NCBI GenBank assembly: GCA_977020255.1
Contig: CDROCS010002751.1
Location: 124,001-188,000, forward strand
Reading direction: 5' to 3'
DNA length: 64,000 bases
Source of the DNA: Obrimoposthia wandeli
Lineage: Eukaryota
Shown: one piece after another, positions 1-11,511 of the stretch
Position numbering within the stretch: position 1 is the stretch's first letter
Layout: each line of letters begins with the position of its first letter
Program-made: the position numbers and the translations under genes
Notes under the pieces: generated by a model
The model's input: the letters and a program-made list of their open reading frames with translations, nothing else
What the model was told of the DNA's origin: nothing
Database searches by the model: none

Positions 1-1
1 A

Positions 2-175
2 TCTACAAAAAGTTTTAAAGATGAAAACACTGGCGCATTATTTAAGGTTGAAGCTATTAAACAAAAAGTCTTAAAAAAGCATGGTTGTAGTGGAATAGTA
101 GAAACTGAATATAGTTGTAAAAGTTGTGGATTAAAAGAAGTTCACAACAGTGTTGGTCAAAATTGTAGTATATAA
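2..175 (+). CDS. 3' end of a Cys-rich hypothetical protein (partial, runs off left edge)
   Basis: Open frame read manually from base 2 to TAA 173-175: STKSFKDENTG...HGCSGIVETEYSCKSCGLKEVHNSVGQNCSI; followed by a terminator hairpin. Confidence 0.5.
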   Translation, partial: STKSFKDENTGALFKVEAIKQKVLKKHGCSGIVETEYSCKSCGLKEVHNSVGQNCSI

Positions 176-187
176 CTAATGTCAAAT

Positions 188-219
188 AAAAAAAGCAAGG
201 TTTTGGCCTTGCTTTTTTT
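188..219. terminator. Intrinsic terminator, probably bidirectional
   Basis: AAAAAAAGCAAGG-TTTTGG-CCTTGCTTTTTTT inverted repeat with A- and T-tracts. Confidence 0.75.
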
Positions 220-233
220 ATTTCTAAAATATA

Positions 234-264
234 CTTGACAAATAAAGACTAAACTTGATATACT
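234..264 (+). promoter_or_regulatory. sigma70 promoter of clpB overlapped by an HspR HAIR-like site
   Basis: TTGACA 235-240; extended -10 TGaTATACT 256-264; CTTGACA-N7-ACTAAAC (234-254) resembles the HAIR consensus CTTGAGT-N7-ACTCAAG. Confidence 0.6.
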
Positions 265-268
265 TTCT

Positions 269-295
269 TTAGCACTTAGTATATCCAAGTGCCAA
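269..295. promoter_or_regulatory. CIRCE-like HrcA operator
   Basis: TTAGCACTT-N9-AAGTGCCAA versus consensus TTAGCACTC-N9-GAGTGCTAA; lies between the promoter and the clpB RBS. Confidence 0.75.
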
Positions 296-313
296 TAATT
301 AAAAGGATAGAGA

Positions 314-2893
314 ATGAGCAATAAAATATTTGAAAAATTAACAAATCAAATGCAAGAAACAATTGAATCAGGATTGAGTTTAGCATTACATAATAAAAAC
401 CAAGAAGTAGAAATAATACATATCTTATGGGGATTACTTACAAATAGTTCTAGTGTATTAAATCAATTGCTAAATAAATTAAATATTGATAAAGTAGCTA
501 TTGAATTAGAAGTAAAAAGTATTGCTAATAAATTAACATCTACATCAAGTGTAACAAAAGAAAGTATAAAAATAAGTAGAAATGTAGTCTCGTCGCTTGA
601 AAATGCAGAAGGGTTGATGACAAGTAGTGGGGATAGCTTTTTGGCAGTTGATACTTGGATAATTGCCAATATTAAAAATCAAGTTTTCAAAGATTCATTA
701 GGAAAGTATTTAGATCTAAATGAAGTAAGAAAAGAATTAGAAGTAATTCGTGGTGGAGAAATAGTTGATTCACAAAGTGCAGATGACAATTTAGAAGCAT
801 TAGGTAAGTATGGTATCAATTTAAATAAATTAGCAATGGAAGGAAAACTTGACCCTGTAATTGGAAGAGATGAGCAATTACAAAGAATGATGCAAATTCT
901 TATAAGAAAAACAAAAAATAATCCAATTTTACTTGGAGAACCAGGTACTGGTAAAACTGCAATTGCAGAAGGTTTGGCACAAAGAATTGTAAATAAAGAT
1001 GTACCAACTTCATTGCAAAATAAAAAAGTAATTTCACTAGATATGTCAGCTTTAATTGCTGGTGCAAAATATAGAGGTGAATTTGAAGATAGATTAAAAG
1101 CTGTGATTAAAGAGGTACAAAAAGTAGGAAATATAATTTTATTTATTGATGAAATACATACAATTATTGGTGCAGGTGCATCAGAAGGTAGCATGGATGC
1201 TGCCAATATATTAAAACCTGCACTTGCTCGTGGTGAATTGCACACAATTGGAGCAACAACATTAAAAGAATATAGAAAATATTTTGAAAAAGATACAGCA
1301 ATGCAAAGACGATTTCAACCTGTAAAAGTAGATGAGCCAAGTGTAAATGAAGCACTTCAAATATTACGAGGGATAAAAGAAAAGTTAGAAACTTTTCATA
1401 ATGTGAGTATTAATGATAGTGCATTGGTAAGTGCTGCTAAATTAAGCCATCGTTATATTACTGATAGATTTCTTCCTGATAAAGCTATAGATTTAATTGA
1501 TGAAGCAGCTGCTGAATTAAAAATGCAAATTGAATCAGAGCCGACAATCTTATCAACAACTAAAAGACAAATAAGTACATTAGAAGTTGAAAAAGAAGCT
1601 TTAAAAATGGAAAAAAGTGTTCAAAATGCTAGTAGATTAGTAGAAATTGAAAAAGAGTTATCAAATTTAAAAGAAAATCAGAGAAATTTAGAAATACAAT
1701 TTAATGCTGAAAAAGAAACATTTAATGCTGTTTCACACATAAAAGCAGAAATAGACGAATTAAAAGGTAAAGCTGAACGTGCAAAAAGAGATAGTCAATT
1801 TGAAGAAGCAGCTTCAATTGAGTACGGTAAAATCCCTGAATTAGAAGAGAAAATTAAAGAAAATGAATTAAAATGGTCAAAAATGCAAGAATCAGGAACA
1901 TTGCTGAGAAATTTTGTTGATGAAGATGCTATTGCTAGTATTGTATCAAGATGGACAGGAATACCTATTAATAAAATGGTTTCAAGTGAAAAGGAAAGAA
2001 TCTTACAAATTGAAAGCGTTTTAAAGCATGATGTAATTGGTCAAGATGAAGCATTAAAAGCAATTAGTCGTGCTATAAAAAGAAATAAAGCAGGTTTAAG
2101 TGATGATAGTAGACCAATAGGTAGTTTTTTATTTTTAGGGCCTACAGGTGTTGGAAAAACGGAATCTGCTAAAACTTTAGCAAAATTTTTATTTGACGAT
2201 GCAAAGTCATTAATACGATTTGATATGTCTGAGTATATGGAGAAACATAGTGCGAGTAGATTAGTAGGTGCAGCTCCTGGTTACGTAGGATATGAAGAAG
2301 GTGGACAGCTAACAGAAGCAGTTAGAAGGAAACCATACTGTGTACTATTATTTGATGAAATTGAAAAGGCTCATCCCGATGTGTTTAATATTTTATTACA
2401 AGTTTTAGATGATGGAAGATTAACTGACAATAAAGGTGTAACAGTAGATTTTAAAAATACAATTATAATTTTGACTTCAAATATAGGTAGTAGCCAAATT
2501 ATCGAAATAGAAAATAAAGAAGAACGAAGAAATAAAGTTTTAAGTGAATTAAAAAATCATTTCAGACCTGAGTTTTTAAATAGACTTGATGATATAGTAA
2601 TCTTTGAACAACTTGGATTAGAGGCTATTACTAATATCGTAGATATCTTATTTAGCTCAATTTATGACAAATTGATACATAGAGGCATAGTTTTATCAAT
2701 GACAGATAAAGCGAAAGATTATATTGCTAACGCTGGTTTTGATCCTGTATATGGAGCACGACCATTAAAACGAGCTTTATATGAAATAGTTGAAGATAGA
2801 TTAGCTGATTTAATACTCGAAGATAAAATCATTGAAGGTAGTAAAGTAAATTTTGATTTAATTGATGATGAAATAATTGTAACTATCATATAA
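314..2893 (+). CDS. clpB: ATP-dependent chaperone ClpB
   Basis: 859 aa; two AAA+ modules ([16 protein letters not shown]), coiled-coil middle domain, SRWTGIP motif. Confidence 0.97.
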   Translation: MSNKIFEKLTNQMQETIESGLSLALHNKNQEVEIIHILWGLLTNSSSVLNQLLNKLNIDKVAIELEVKSIANKLTSTSSVTKESIKISRNVVSSLENAEGLMTSSGDSFLAVDTWIIANIKNQVFKDSLGKYLDLNEVRKELEVIRGGEIVDSQSADDNLEALGKYGINLNKLAMEGKLDPVIGRDEQLQRMMQILIRKTKNNPILLGEPGTGKTAIAEGLAQRIVNKDVPTSLQNKKVISLDMSALIAGAKYRGEFEDRLKAVIKEVQKVGNIILFIDEIHTIIGAGASEGSMDAANILKPALARGELHTIGATTLKEYRKYFEKDTAMQRRFQPVKVDEPSVNEALQILRGIKEKLETFHNVSINDSALVSAAKLSHRYITDRFLPDKAIDLIDEAAAELKMQIESEPTILSTTKRQISTLEVEKEALKMEKSVQNASRLVEIEKELSNLKENQRNLEIQFNAEKETFNAVSHIKAEIDELKGKAERAKRDSQFEEAASIEYGKIPELEEKIKENELKWSKMQESGTLLRNFVDEDAIASIVSRWTGIPINKMVSSEKERILQIESVLKHDVIGQDEALKAISRAIKRNKAGLSDDSRPIGSFLFLGPTGVGKTESAKTLAKFLFDDAKSLIRFDMSEYMEKHSASRLVGAAPGYVGYEEGGQLTEAVRRKPYCVLLFDEIEKAHPDVFNILLQVLDDGRLTDNKGVTVDFKNTIIILTSNIGSSQIIEIENKEERRNKVLSELKNHFRPEFLNRLDDIVIFEQLGLEAITNIVDILFSSIYDKLIHRGIVLSMTDKAKDYIANAGFDPVYGARPLKRALYEIVEDRLADLILEDKIIEGSKVNFDLIDDEIIVTII

Positions 2894-3047
2894 TAATAAT
2901 GAATCTTAATATTTGTACTAATGTCATTTATTTAAAGAAAAATTTATTTTATTATGAGTAGAATGGGTATTTATTAACACTATAAACTAATATTAAGTAT
3001 TTTTTAATTATAATCGCAAACATAATTTAAGAAAAAGGAAATAAAGT

Positions 3048-3182
3048 ATGAAAAGAACATACCAACCGCATAACACTCCAAGAAAAAGAACTCATGGTTT
3101 CAGAACAAGAATGGCTACTAAGAATGGTAGAAAAGTAATTAAAGCTCGAAGAGCTAAAGGTAGAAAAAGATTAGCTGTTTAA
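3048..3182 (+). CDS. rpmH: 50S ribosomal protein L34
   Basis: Manual translation [44 protein letters not shown]; AAGGA RBS; too short for the ORF track. Confidence 0.98.
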   Translation: MKRTYQPHNTPRKRTHGFRTRMATKNGRKVIKARRAKGRKRLAV

Positions 3183-3505
3183 GCAAATCACACCGAATAA
3201 ATACTCATAAAGAGTTTAATCAAATATACAAGAGCAACAAAAAATGGCATACCCATAGTTTTGTTGTCTTCTTTAAAGAAAGCGACGAATTCAATGTTGC
3301 TTTTGTTTCTTCAAAAAAAGTAGGTAATGCTGTTCATAGAAATAGAGCTAGAAGACTCCTTAGGGCTTTAGTTTTAGAAAAAGAAGATGAACTCAAAAAT
3401 GGAAAATACATACTTGTTGCAAAAAACGCAATTTTCGAAAGAACACACAAAATACTTAAAAATGATTTTAAATATGCTATTAAAAAACTAGACTTATTTA
3501 AATGA
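3170..3505 (+). CDS. rnpA: Ribonuclease P protein component (non-canonical start, ATT proposed)
   Basis: Manual translation [21 protein letters not shown]...[22 protein letters not shown]...GKYILVAK contains the RNR motif; conserved position between rpmH and yidD; no in-frame ATG/GTG/TTG. Confidence 0.9.
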   Translation: MSCLSKSHRINTHKEFNQIYKSNKKWHTHSFVVFFKESDEFNVAFVSSKKVGNAVHRNRARRLLRALVLEKEDELKNGKYILVAKNAIFERTHKILKNDFKYAIKKLDLFK

Positions 3506-3834
3506 AACAAATTATCCTTTACCTGATTCGATTTTACCAAAAATATTTAACAGTTTTATCATTTGGTAGTTGCAGATATCATCCTACCTGTTCATCTTAT
3601 GCAAAAGTTCAATTTGAAAATAATAATTTCTTTTATGCAATATTTTATTCTACTTTTAGAATTTTAAAATGCAATCCGTTATTTCCTGGTGGATTTGACT
3701 ATGTAAAAGTGAAATGTCCAGCAAAAAATAAAATAAATCTAAAATTTAAAAAGATTAAGGTAAAATACTGGAAAGTACCAGTAAATGATAATTACTGCTT
3801 AATACTTCAACACAATACAACATGGGACACATAA
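3502..3834 (+). CDS. yidD: Membrane protein insertion efficiency factor YidD
   Basis: CRYHPTCSSY and RILKCNPLFPGGFD motifs; synteny. Confidence 0.93.
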   Translation: MKQIILYLIRFYQKYLTVLSFGSCRYHPTCSSYAKVQFENNNFFYAIFYSTFRILKCNPLFPGGFDYVKVKCPAKNKINLKFKKIKVKYWKVPVNDNYCLILQHNTTWDT

Positions 3835-5502
3835 ATGGCACAACCAACTGACACAACAAACAAACAGCAAACTCAAAAAAGAATATTGATTGCAACGGTT
3901 TTATCGTTTGCATTTTTTATTGCTTATGATTTTTTATATTTACAACCAAAGCAAGAATTAGTTAACCAAGCTAATGCTCAAAATGCGGTAACAATGCAAA
4001 ATAAAAATGTTAACGCAACTGGAACAAATACTGCTCCTTCAATTACAACTAATAATGCGCCAGCTAATGCATCAGTATCAGTTGCAAATACAGCTCCTGC
4101 AATTGTATCAACTGCAAATATTATTGCTACGATTGAAACACTTAAAAATACTATTGAGATTGATAGCCTTGGTAGACTTCATCAAGTAATTCTAAAAGAA
4201 AAACAATATACAACAGAAGATGGGCAAAGAATTAAACTGTTCAATATTAATCAGTTAAAACCTTTAGAAGTTAGATTTTCAGATAGAAAAATAAATGAAG
4301 AAGCATTTAATACAAGAGTAGTTGCTTCTTCAAATACAATTGATGCAACTAAAAATATTACAGAATTAACATTAACACAAAAGTTAACTAATACTACATT
4401 AACAAAAGTATTAAAGTTTTATCCTGATGGTCATTATGATATAACTGCATCATCTACAAATAATGCTGATTTCTTTATTACTACAGGATTTAGACCAGAT
4501 GTATTAGCCGATATGTATGCTGATCATGGTGCAATGCTTGTTTTAAATGATGGAACTTTAAATATCATTGAAGATGAAGATATGGATAACAATGTTGAAT
4601 TCGTTGGTATAAATGCTGCTTCTGCTTTTGATAGATATTATGCATCAGTTTTATATAACTATGATACAAGTATGGCAATTAGTGTGATGAAAGATTCAGA
4701 AGATTCTCCTCAAATTTTTATTCATGCAAATAATAAAATTTCTTTAAGTGGATATGCTGGACCAAAAGAATACAAAACATTAAATGCTTTAGATGAAAGA
4801 TTAACATCTGTTATTGAGTATGGTTGGTTTACATTTATTGCAAAACCAATGTTTATATTACTTCAATTTATGCATGACTATATTGGGAACTGGGGTTGGA
4901 CAATTGTTTTTGTTACAATTTTAATTAAACTTGTTTTATTTCCATTATCTCATAAAGGTATGGTTTCAATGAACAAACTTAAAGAGCTTGCTCCTAAAGT
5001 TAAAGCTCTTCAAGAAAAGTATAAAGGTGACAAACAAAAAGCCTCTATGCATATGATGGAATTATACAAAAAAGAGGGTGCAAATCCAATGGGTGGTTGT
5101 TTACCTATTATCCTTCAAATACCAGTATTTTTCGCTATCTATAGAGTATTATTAAATTCTATTGAGCTTAAAGGTGCCGAATGGATATTATGGATTCACG
5201 ATTTAGGTGTTATGGATCCATACTTTATTTTACCAATTGCAATGGGTGCAACAATGTTTTTCCAACAAAAGATCACTCCAAATACAATGGCTGATCCTAT
5301 GCAACAAAAAATATTCCAGTTGTTACCAGTAGTATTTACATTCTTCTTCTTATGGTTCCCAGCAGGACTTACATTATACTGGTTCGTGAATAACTTATTT
5401 ACAATTGCTCAGCAATATTATGTAAATACAATTTTCAAAAATGCTAGAGTAGCAAGACATGAAAAACATGAAGAAGAGAAGAGTCATACAAAGAAAAAAT
5501 AA
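3835..5502 (+). CDS. yidC: Membrane protein insertase YidC
   Basis: 555 aa; GNWGWTIV, NPMGGCLPIILQIPVFF, PAGLTLYW motifs. Confidence 0.97.
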   Translation: MAQPTDTTNKQQTQKRILIATVLSFAFFIAYDFLYLQPKQELVNQANAQNAVTMQNKNVNATGTNTAPSITTNNAPANASVSVANTAPAIVSTANIIATIETLKNTIEIDSLGRLHQVILKEKQYTTEDGQRIKLFNINQLKPLEVRFSDRKINEEAFNTRVVASSNTIDATKNITELTLTQKLTNTTLTKVLKFYPDGHYDITASSTNNADFFITTGFRPDVLADMYADHGAMLVLNDGTLNIIEDEDMDNNVEFVGINAASAFDRYYASVLYNYDTSMAISVMKDSEDSPQIFIHANNKISLSGYAGPKEYKTLNALDERLTSVIEYGWFTFIAKPMFILLQFMHDYIGNWGWTIVFVTILIKLVLFPLSHKGMVSMNKLKELAPKVKALQEKYKGDKQKASMHMMELYKKEGANPMGGCLPIILQIPVFFAIYRVLLNSIELKGAEWILWIHDLGVMDPYFILPIAMGATMFFQQKITPNTMADPMQQKIFQLLPVVFTFFFLWFPAGLTLYWFVNNLFTIAQQYYVNTIFKNARVARHEKHEEEKSHTKKK

Positions 5503-5513
5503 AAGGAATAAAG

Positions 5514-6383
5514 ATGTTAAAAGTGTCTAGTAATGAAGTAAATACTTTTGAAGCTAAAACTTTAGAAGAAGTTTATGAAAAAGCTTCTGAGTCTTTAAAC
5601 TGTTCTATTACCAACTTGGAAATTGATATCATTCAAGCTCCAAGTAAAGGTTTTTTGGGATTTTTTATAAAAAATGCCATTATCTCTGCTAAAGTTAAAT
5701 ATTACGAAGTAGACGAAGACCACACTCATAATAAAATCAATAAACCAAGTATTGCTAAAGTTGAAACATTAGCTTCAAGATTACAAGCAATTAATGAAGA
5801 AGAAAATAGTCAAAAAAATGCTCCTTGTATGACTAAACAAGTTGAAAAAGAAAAATTATTTAATGATTTTTACACTTCTTCAGAAGAAGAATTACATTCA
5901 ACTCCAATTGTTAAATCATCAAATATAGAATTATCAAAACAAATATCAATAGAAGTTAATGATTTATTTTCTAAGTTGTGTTATGAAATAGATGAAATAA
6001 AAGTGGAAATTATCGATGATGATAAAACAGTTTATATTGAATTTTCGGGTGTAGATAGTGCTCTTTTAATTGGGAAAGAAGGATATAGGTATAAAGCGTT
6101 ATCTTATGTACTTTTTAACTGGATAAATGAAAAGTATGACATGATGTTAAGACTTGAAGTTGCCCAATTTTTAGCAAATCAAGAAACAGCAATTTTTGCA
6201 TATCTTGATCCACTTATACAAGTAATTAAGAACGAAGGTTTTTTTAAAACAAAAGTGCTAGATGGAATTTTAGTACATATTGCACTTACAAAACTCAGAG
6301 ATGAATTTCCTGATAAGTATGTTGCCGTAAAAACAACACAAAAAGGTGAAAAATATATTTTAGTTAACGAATATAGAAATTAA
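5514..6383 (+). CDS. jag: Jag/EloR (KhpB)-family RNA-binding protein
   Basis: Jag N-terminus (FEAKTLEEVYEKA...IIQAPSKGFLG), KH-like ALLIGKEG; lies between yidC and mnmE. Confidence 0.8.
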   Translation: MLKVSSNEVNTFEAKTLEEVYEKASESLNCSITNLEIDIIQAPSKGFLGFFIKNAIISAKVKYYEVDEDHTHNKINKPSIAKVETLASRLQAINEEENSQKNAPCMTKQVEKEKLFNDFYTSSEEELHSTPIVKSSNIELSKQISIEVNDLFSKLCYEIDEIKVEIIDDDKTVYIEFSGVDSALLIGKEGYRYKALSYVLFNWINEKYDMMLRLEVAQFLANQETAIFAYLDPLIQVIKNEGFFKTKVLDGILVHIALTKLRDEFPDKYVAVKTTQKGEKYILVNEYRN

Positions 6384-6386
6384 TAC

Positions 6387-7727
6387 ATGTATATAGAAGA
6401 CACAATAGTTGCAATAGCAACAGCAAATGGAATAGGTTCGGTATCGATAGTTAGATTAAGTGGAATAGATGCTTATAAAATTGCTTATAAGATTTCTAAT
6501 GGCGTTGATCTCAAACCAAGAATGGCTACATTATCAAAGATTTATGATTCAAAAAATGAATTAATTGATGAAGCTTTATTAATATATTTTAAAAATCCAC
6601 ATTCATTTACAGGCGAAGATATTGTTGAATTTCAATGTCATGGTGGTATTGCTATCACAAATCTTGTATTATCATGTTGTATAGAATCAGGTGCTAGAAT
6701 AGCAAATCCAGGAGAATTTTCTAAACGAGCATTCTTAAATGGAAAAATTGATTTATCTCAAGCACAAGCAATTAGTAAAATGATTGAAGCTCGAAGTGAA
6801 GATGCCGTTAAATTATTAGCAAGGCAATTAAAAGGCGAGTTAAAAGATTTTGTTGATGATATCAGAAAAGATTTAGTATTTATGTTAGCTTATACAGAAG
6901 TGAGTATTGACTATGCTGAAGAAGATTTACCAGGTAATATTTTCGAACAAATCAAAACTAAACTAGATGCAATATCTGTTAAACTTGAAAGTACACTTGC
7001 TGCTAGTAAAAGAAGAGAGGGTTTAATTGATGGCTTTAAAGTTGCAATTGTAGGAAAACCCAATGTTGGAAAATCAAGTTTATTAAATAAATTATTAAAT
7101 TTTGAAAGAGCAATTGTAAGTACGATAGCTGGTACGACTAGAGATACTATTGAAGAAAGTGTTAAAATAGGTTCTCATATTATAAAGATAGTTGATACTG
7201 CAGGTATTAGAGAAGCAAGTGATGAAATTGAAAAAATTGGAATTGAAAAATCTATTGAGGCTATTGATGAAGCGGATATAATTATTTCATTATTTGATGG
7301 AAGTAGAGAGTTTGATGAAGAAGATAAAAAAATTGTAGAATTACTTGATAATACTTCAAAAGAGAAAATTAGAGTTATAAATAAATCTGATTTATCTCAA
7401 AAAATCAACCTTGAAAAAATTGGAAATGATTTTGTATTTTTAAATGCTAAAGAGAATATCAATGAACTTATTAACAAAGTAGAAGTGATTTTAAATCAAA
7501 ATACAAGTGGAGATGATGTAACCTTGATATCAAAACAACAAGTTACTGAAGTAGAATCAACACTGAAAAATATAAAAGAAGCTTTTTCTCCTTTAGAAAC
7601 GGGAGAATTAGAATTTTTTGCTCATCATATAAATACATCATTAGAGCATATGTCAAATATTACTAGACCATATGAACATAGTCAAATGTTAGATGTAATG
7701 TTTGGTGAATTTTGTTTAGGAAAATAG
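6387..7727 (+). CDS. mnmE: tRNA modification GTPase MnmE (TrmE)
   Basis: GKPNVGKSS, GTTRD, DTAG motifs; C-terminal FCLGK. Confidence 0.97.
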   Translation: MYIEDTIVAIATANGIGSVSIVRLSGIDAYKIAYKISNGVDLKPRMATLSKIYDSKNELIDEALLIYFKNPHSFTGEDIVEFQCHGGIAITNLVLSCCIESGARIANPGEFSKRAFLNGKIDLSQAQAISKMIEARSEDAVKLLARQLKGELKDFVDDIRKDLVFMLAYTEVSIDYAEEDLPGNIFEQIKTKLDAISVKLESTLAASKRREGLIDGFKVAIVGKPNVGKSSLLNKLLNFERAIVSTIAGTTRDTIEESVKIGSHIIKIVDTAGIREASDEIEKIGIEKSIEAIDEADIIISLFDGSREFDEEDKKIVELLDNTSKEKIRVINKSDLSQKINLEKIGNDFVFLNAKENINELINKVEVILNQNTSGDDVTLISKQQVTEVESTLKNIKEAFSPLETGELEFFAHHINTSLEHMSNITRPYEHSQMLDVMFGEFCLGK

Positions 7728-8462
7728 ATGTTTAGAAAAGCTCAAGTGTTAGAGTTTCTTGAAGAAGAGAAAGAGTGTTCTTATTTTGATGACAAAATCT
7801 CTGACATACGATATAAATACATGGAAAGTTGTACCTCTGAAGAACAAATAAAAATGCTAGAACGTGGTTGGCGTAGATTTGGAAATATGCATTTTGTTCC
7901 AGAATGTAAAGAATGTACGGCTTGTACTACTATACGAATAGATATTAATAAATTTGAATTTTCTAAAAGTCAAAAGAGAGTTTTAAATAAACACAAAGAT
8001 ACAGAAGTGTATCTACAAAAACCTACTGTAACATATGAACACATAGATTTATTTAATAAATATCATAAATTTATGAGTGAAAAGAAAGATTGGAATACAA
8101 ATGTCATTGATGTACAAGAGTATAACAACTCTTATGTAAATGGTGCACATGATTATGGTAAAGAACTTCTTTATTTTAGGGATGACAAACTTATTGGTGT
8201 TGCTTTATGTGATGTTCTTGAAGGTGGAATGTCTGCTGTTTATTGTTACTATGATCATGATTATGAAGATTTATCAATAGGCCAGTTTTCAATTTTGGCA
8301 CAAATTAGTATTGCAAAACAAAACAAGATTCCTTATTTATATTTAGGCTATTGGATCAAAGATCATTTTAGTATGGGTTATAAAGAAAGATACAAACCAT
8401 TTGAAGTATTAGAAAATAGACCTGCACTTACAGAAGATACTAACTGGAGTATTTATGAATAG
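7728..8462 (+). CDS. ate: Bacterial ATE1-like aminoacyl-tRNA protein transferase (Bpt/arginyltransferase family)
   Basis: CSYF, RGWRRFG, CKECTACTTIRI, SAVYCYYD, YLYLGYWI motifs. Confidence 0.88.
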   Translation: MFRKAQVLEFLEEEKECSYFDDKISDIRYKYMESCTSEEQIKMLERGWRRFGNMHFVPECKECTACTTIRIDINKFEFSKSQKRVLNKHKDTEVYLQKPTVTYEHIDLFNKYHKFMSEKKDWNTNVIDVQEYNNSYVNGAHDYGKELLYFRDDKLIGVALCDVLEGGMSAVYCYYDHDYEDLSIGQFSILAQISIAKQNKIPYLYLGYWIKDHFSMGYKERYKPFEVLENRPALTEDTNWSIYE

Positions 8463-8841
8463 TCGTAGAACAGAGATCTTAGATATTGAATTAGATGAAA
8501 TCGAAGAATTTAAAGATGAAGTTTTTACAAAATTATCAGATACATTACTAGATGAAAAAAGATTATTAAAAAGATTTTATGACTTTTGTGATGATTATAA
8601 CAATTTTGAATTTGACGAAATGGGTTTAAATATGGATGAGTCAGATGATCTCTTACGTAAGCTAGATAAGATACGTAATTTATTTTTATCTAATGTCGAA
8701 GATAAATTATTATATATTTTTGATAATGTTGAAACAGATGTTTTACATAAGACTATTAGAATGAATTTAGATTTAGAAGAGATTAGTTATAAGGTTACAT
8801 TTAAAGTAATGAACGATAGTTTTAATCTCGAATTATCATAA
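8455..8841 (+). CDS. Acidic hypothetical protein
   Basis: 128 aa ORF overlapping the ate stop codon; D/E-rich; no family recognised. Confidence 0.7.
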   Translation: MNSRRTEILDIELDEIEEFKDEVFTKLSDTLLDEKRLLKRFYDFCDDYNNFEFDEMGLNMDESDDLLRKLDKIRNLFLSNVEDKLLYIFDNVETDVLHKTIRMNLDLEEISYKVTFKVMNDSFNLELS

Positions 8842-8849
8842 GGTAAATA

Positions 8850-10832
8850 TTGAAAACAAAATATATCTCAAATAAAAACTTGGTAATTAGAATTGTTTTA
8901 TCAATTTTATTTGTGAGTGTTTTTATATTATTTATATCTACAGAATATCTTAAAAAATCTGCTGTTAGTACCTTAGCTGAAGATGATGCTAAAAAAACTG
9001 CACAGCTTATCTTTGAAACTATCAATACCCGAATGCAAGAGGGTTGGACAAAAGAAGATCTAGATAAAATTATCAAAAGATTAGAAATTGTAAGAAGTGG
9101 TATGAAGATAGCTTCATATAGAAGTGTTCAAGTTGAAGAATTATTTGGGGTAGTTCCTAAAGACAAAAAAATTTCTGATACAGATCCTTTAATTCAAAAA
9201 GCGATGGAAGGTGAAGAGATCTTCCAAATTAATGAGGATACAGGAGAAGTAAGATTTCTTTATCCTATGACAACAACAACTGAATGTAATCATTGTCATA
9301 TTAACGCAGTTGATGGATCTGTAAATGGTGTTTTAGATGTACGGTTTCCTCAAAGTGAAATTAAAATTTCATTGGATAAGATTTTTATTTATGTGATTAT
9401 TTTCTTTGTACTCTTTTTACTTATCTTAGGATATCTTTATTTTTTTATAATTAATAAAAAAATGGTACAACCCGTAGTACAATTAACAAATAATATTTTA
9501 GAAATACAAGCAAGTAAAGATTTAACGCAAAGAGTTAATATCGATACAAATATTGAAGAATTAGGTTTATTGCAAAATAATTTTAATAATTTGTTAATTA
9601 CTATAAAATATTATTATGATAAATTAATTCAAAAAATATATACAGATGATTTAACTTCTATAAATAATCTAACAAAGTTACAGTTTGATTTAGAGACAAA
9701 AAATAATCATTTATCATTAATACTATTAGATATTAAATCATTTAGTAAGTTACATAAAGTGTATGGGAATAATGTTTCTGATTTTATATTAAAACAATTT
9801 ACTAAAAATATAAATATTATTTTAAATAATGATGGTGTTGTATATCGATTGCATACAGATCAGTTTGCAATAATTTATAATAGAAATATTACAGATAAAG
9901 ATGTTGCAGATTTTGCTACATCATTAAAAAAATTTGTTTACAAATATAAAAATAGTGAATTTATTTTAGATTTGACAATTGGTTTTACTTATGGAACAAA
10001 TAAAAATGTTTTAGAAAATGCTATGTTAGCGTTAAAAGAAGCTAAAAATAAAAAAATAAGTATATTTAAATTTGATGAAACTGTTGCTGTTCAAGATGAA
10101 GATGAATATCATATGATATGGTTAAATAAATTAAATAATGCAATTTTAAATGATCAAATTGTTCCTTATTTTATGCCTATATATAACACAAAACTAAATA
10201 AAATTAATAAGTATGAAACTTTAGTTAGAATTGTAGAAAATGGTCATGTTCATACTCCTGATAAATTTTTAGATATAGCAATATCAAGTGGAAAATATCA
10301 TATTATTACTCAAACAGTAATAAAAAAAGCATTTGAATACTTTAAAGATATTTCAGATATAAAGTTTTCAATTAATATTTCTTTGAGTGATATAACAAAT
10401 GAAGAAACAATGTCTTTATTATTTGAATATCTATCAAATTATAAATATAGTTCAAATGTAGTAATTGAATTACTTGAAACAGAAGAAATATCTGATTTTG
10501 CTTTATTAAATGACTTTATAAAAAAGGTAAAAAATCATAAAGCAAGGGTTGCAATAGATGATTTTGGTAGTGGATATTCAAATTTTAATTATATAATAAA
10601 TCTCGATATTGATATAGTAAAACTAGATAGTTGTTTAATAGAAAATATGTATACTGACCAACATTCCGTTGTAATAGTTTCAAACATTGTAAAAATTATA
10701 AAAGAACTAGGACTTGAAGTCGTTGCAGAGAAAGTTTTTTCAGAAGAAATAGCTGCTATATTAACTTTACACGAAGTTGATTATTTACAAGGTTTCCATA
10801 TTGGAAAAGCAAAAAAGGATATTTTAAAATAA
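8850..10832 (+). CDS. Membrane c-di-GMP phosphodiesterase: periplasmic heme-c (CxxCH) sensor, HAMP, degenerate GGDEF, EAL
   Basis: Two TM segments flank a domain with CNHCH; RLHTDQF replaces GGDEF; [14 protein letters not shown] and YLQG EAL motifs; TTG start. Confidence 0.85.
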   Translation: MKTKYISNKNLVIRIVLSILFVSVFILFISTEYLKKSAVSTLAEDDAKKTAQLIFETINTRMQEGWTKEDLDKIIKRLEIVRSGMKIASYRSVQVEELFGVVPKDKKISDTDPLIQKAMEGEEIFQINEDTGEVRFLYPMTTTTECNHCHINAVDGSVNGVLDVRFPQSEIKISLDKIFIYVIIFFVLFLLILGYLYFFIINKKMVQPVVQLTNNILEIQASKDLTQRVNIDTNIEELGLLQNNFNNLLITIKYYYDKLIQKIYTDDLTSINNLTKLQFDLETKNNHLSLILLDIKSFSKLHKVYGNNVSDFILKQFTKNINIILNNDGVVYRLHTDQFAIIYNRNITDKDVADFATSLKKFVYKYKNSEFILDLTIGFTYGTNKNVLENAMLALKEAKNKKISIFKFDETVAVQDEDEYHMIWLNKLNNAILNDQIVPYFMPIYNTKLNKINKYETLVRIVENGHVHTPDKFLDIAISSGKYHIITQTVIKKAFEYFKDISDIKFSINISLSDITNEETMSLLFEYLSNYKYSSNVVIELLETEEISDFALLNDFIKKVKNHKARVAIDDFGSGYSNFNYIINLDIDIVKLDSCLIENMYTDQHSVVIVSNIVKIIKELGLEVVAEKVFSEEIAAILTLHEVDYLQGFHIGKAKKDILK

Positions 10833-10833
10833 C

Positions 10834-11511
10834 ATGAAGTTTTCATTTGTAACATTATTCCCAGATTTAATAGAGCCATATTTTAAGGACTCTATTTTAA
10901 AAAAAGCAGTTGAGAAAGATCTCATTAATTATCAGTTTTATAATCCTAGAGATTACACTACAAATAAACATAAAAAAGTTGATGATACACTTTGTGGTGG
11001 TGGAGCTGGACAATTGATCTTTCCTCAACCTTTATTTGATATTTTGGATGAGATTAAATCGAAAGACAAAGATGCGTATATAATCTTTCCTCTAGCCGCG
11101 GCAAAGCCATTTAATCAAAATGATGCAAAAAGGCTATCAAAGAAGAAAAATATAGTTATGGTAAGCGGACGGTATGAAGGTATCGATGAGCGTGTTATTG
11201 AACAGTATGCAAATGAAGTATTTAGTATAGGTGATTATATTTTAACTGGAGGAGAGTTACCATCTTTAATTATGGCAGATTCTATTAGTCGTAATGTTGA
11301 TGGAGTACTTGGTAATATGGACTCTCTGACAGAAGAAAGTTATAATCAGAATGTCGATGCTAAGATTTCTCTTGAAGCTCCGTCATTTACAAAACCTGTT
11401 AACTTTAAAGGCTTAAAAGTACCTTCAGAATTATCAAAGGGAAATCACGCTAAGATACGCCACTTAAAAATTAAGCTGTCTGAATGCAAAACTAAGTATT
11501 TCAGACCATAA
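10834..11511 (+). CDS. trmD: tRNA (guanine-N1)-methyltransferase
   Basis: [31 protein letters not shown] motifs. Confidence 0.96.
   Translation: MKFSFVTLFPDLIEPYFKDSILKKAVEKDLINYQFYNPRDYTTNKHKKVDDTLCGGGAGQLIFPQPLFDILDEIKSKDKDAYIIFPLAAAKPFNQNDAKRLSKKKNIVMVSGRYEGIDERVIEQYANEVFSIGDYILTGGELPSLIMADSISRNVDGVLGNMDSLTEESYNQNVDAKISLEAPSFTKPVNFKGLKVPSELSKGNHAKIRHLKIKLSECKTKYFRP

Noticed and set aside
2894-3047. Possible oriC next to rpmH-rnpA-yidC
   Set aside because: No dnaA and no TTATCCACA-type DnaA boxes seen; the upstream gene is clpB
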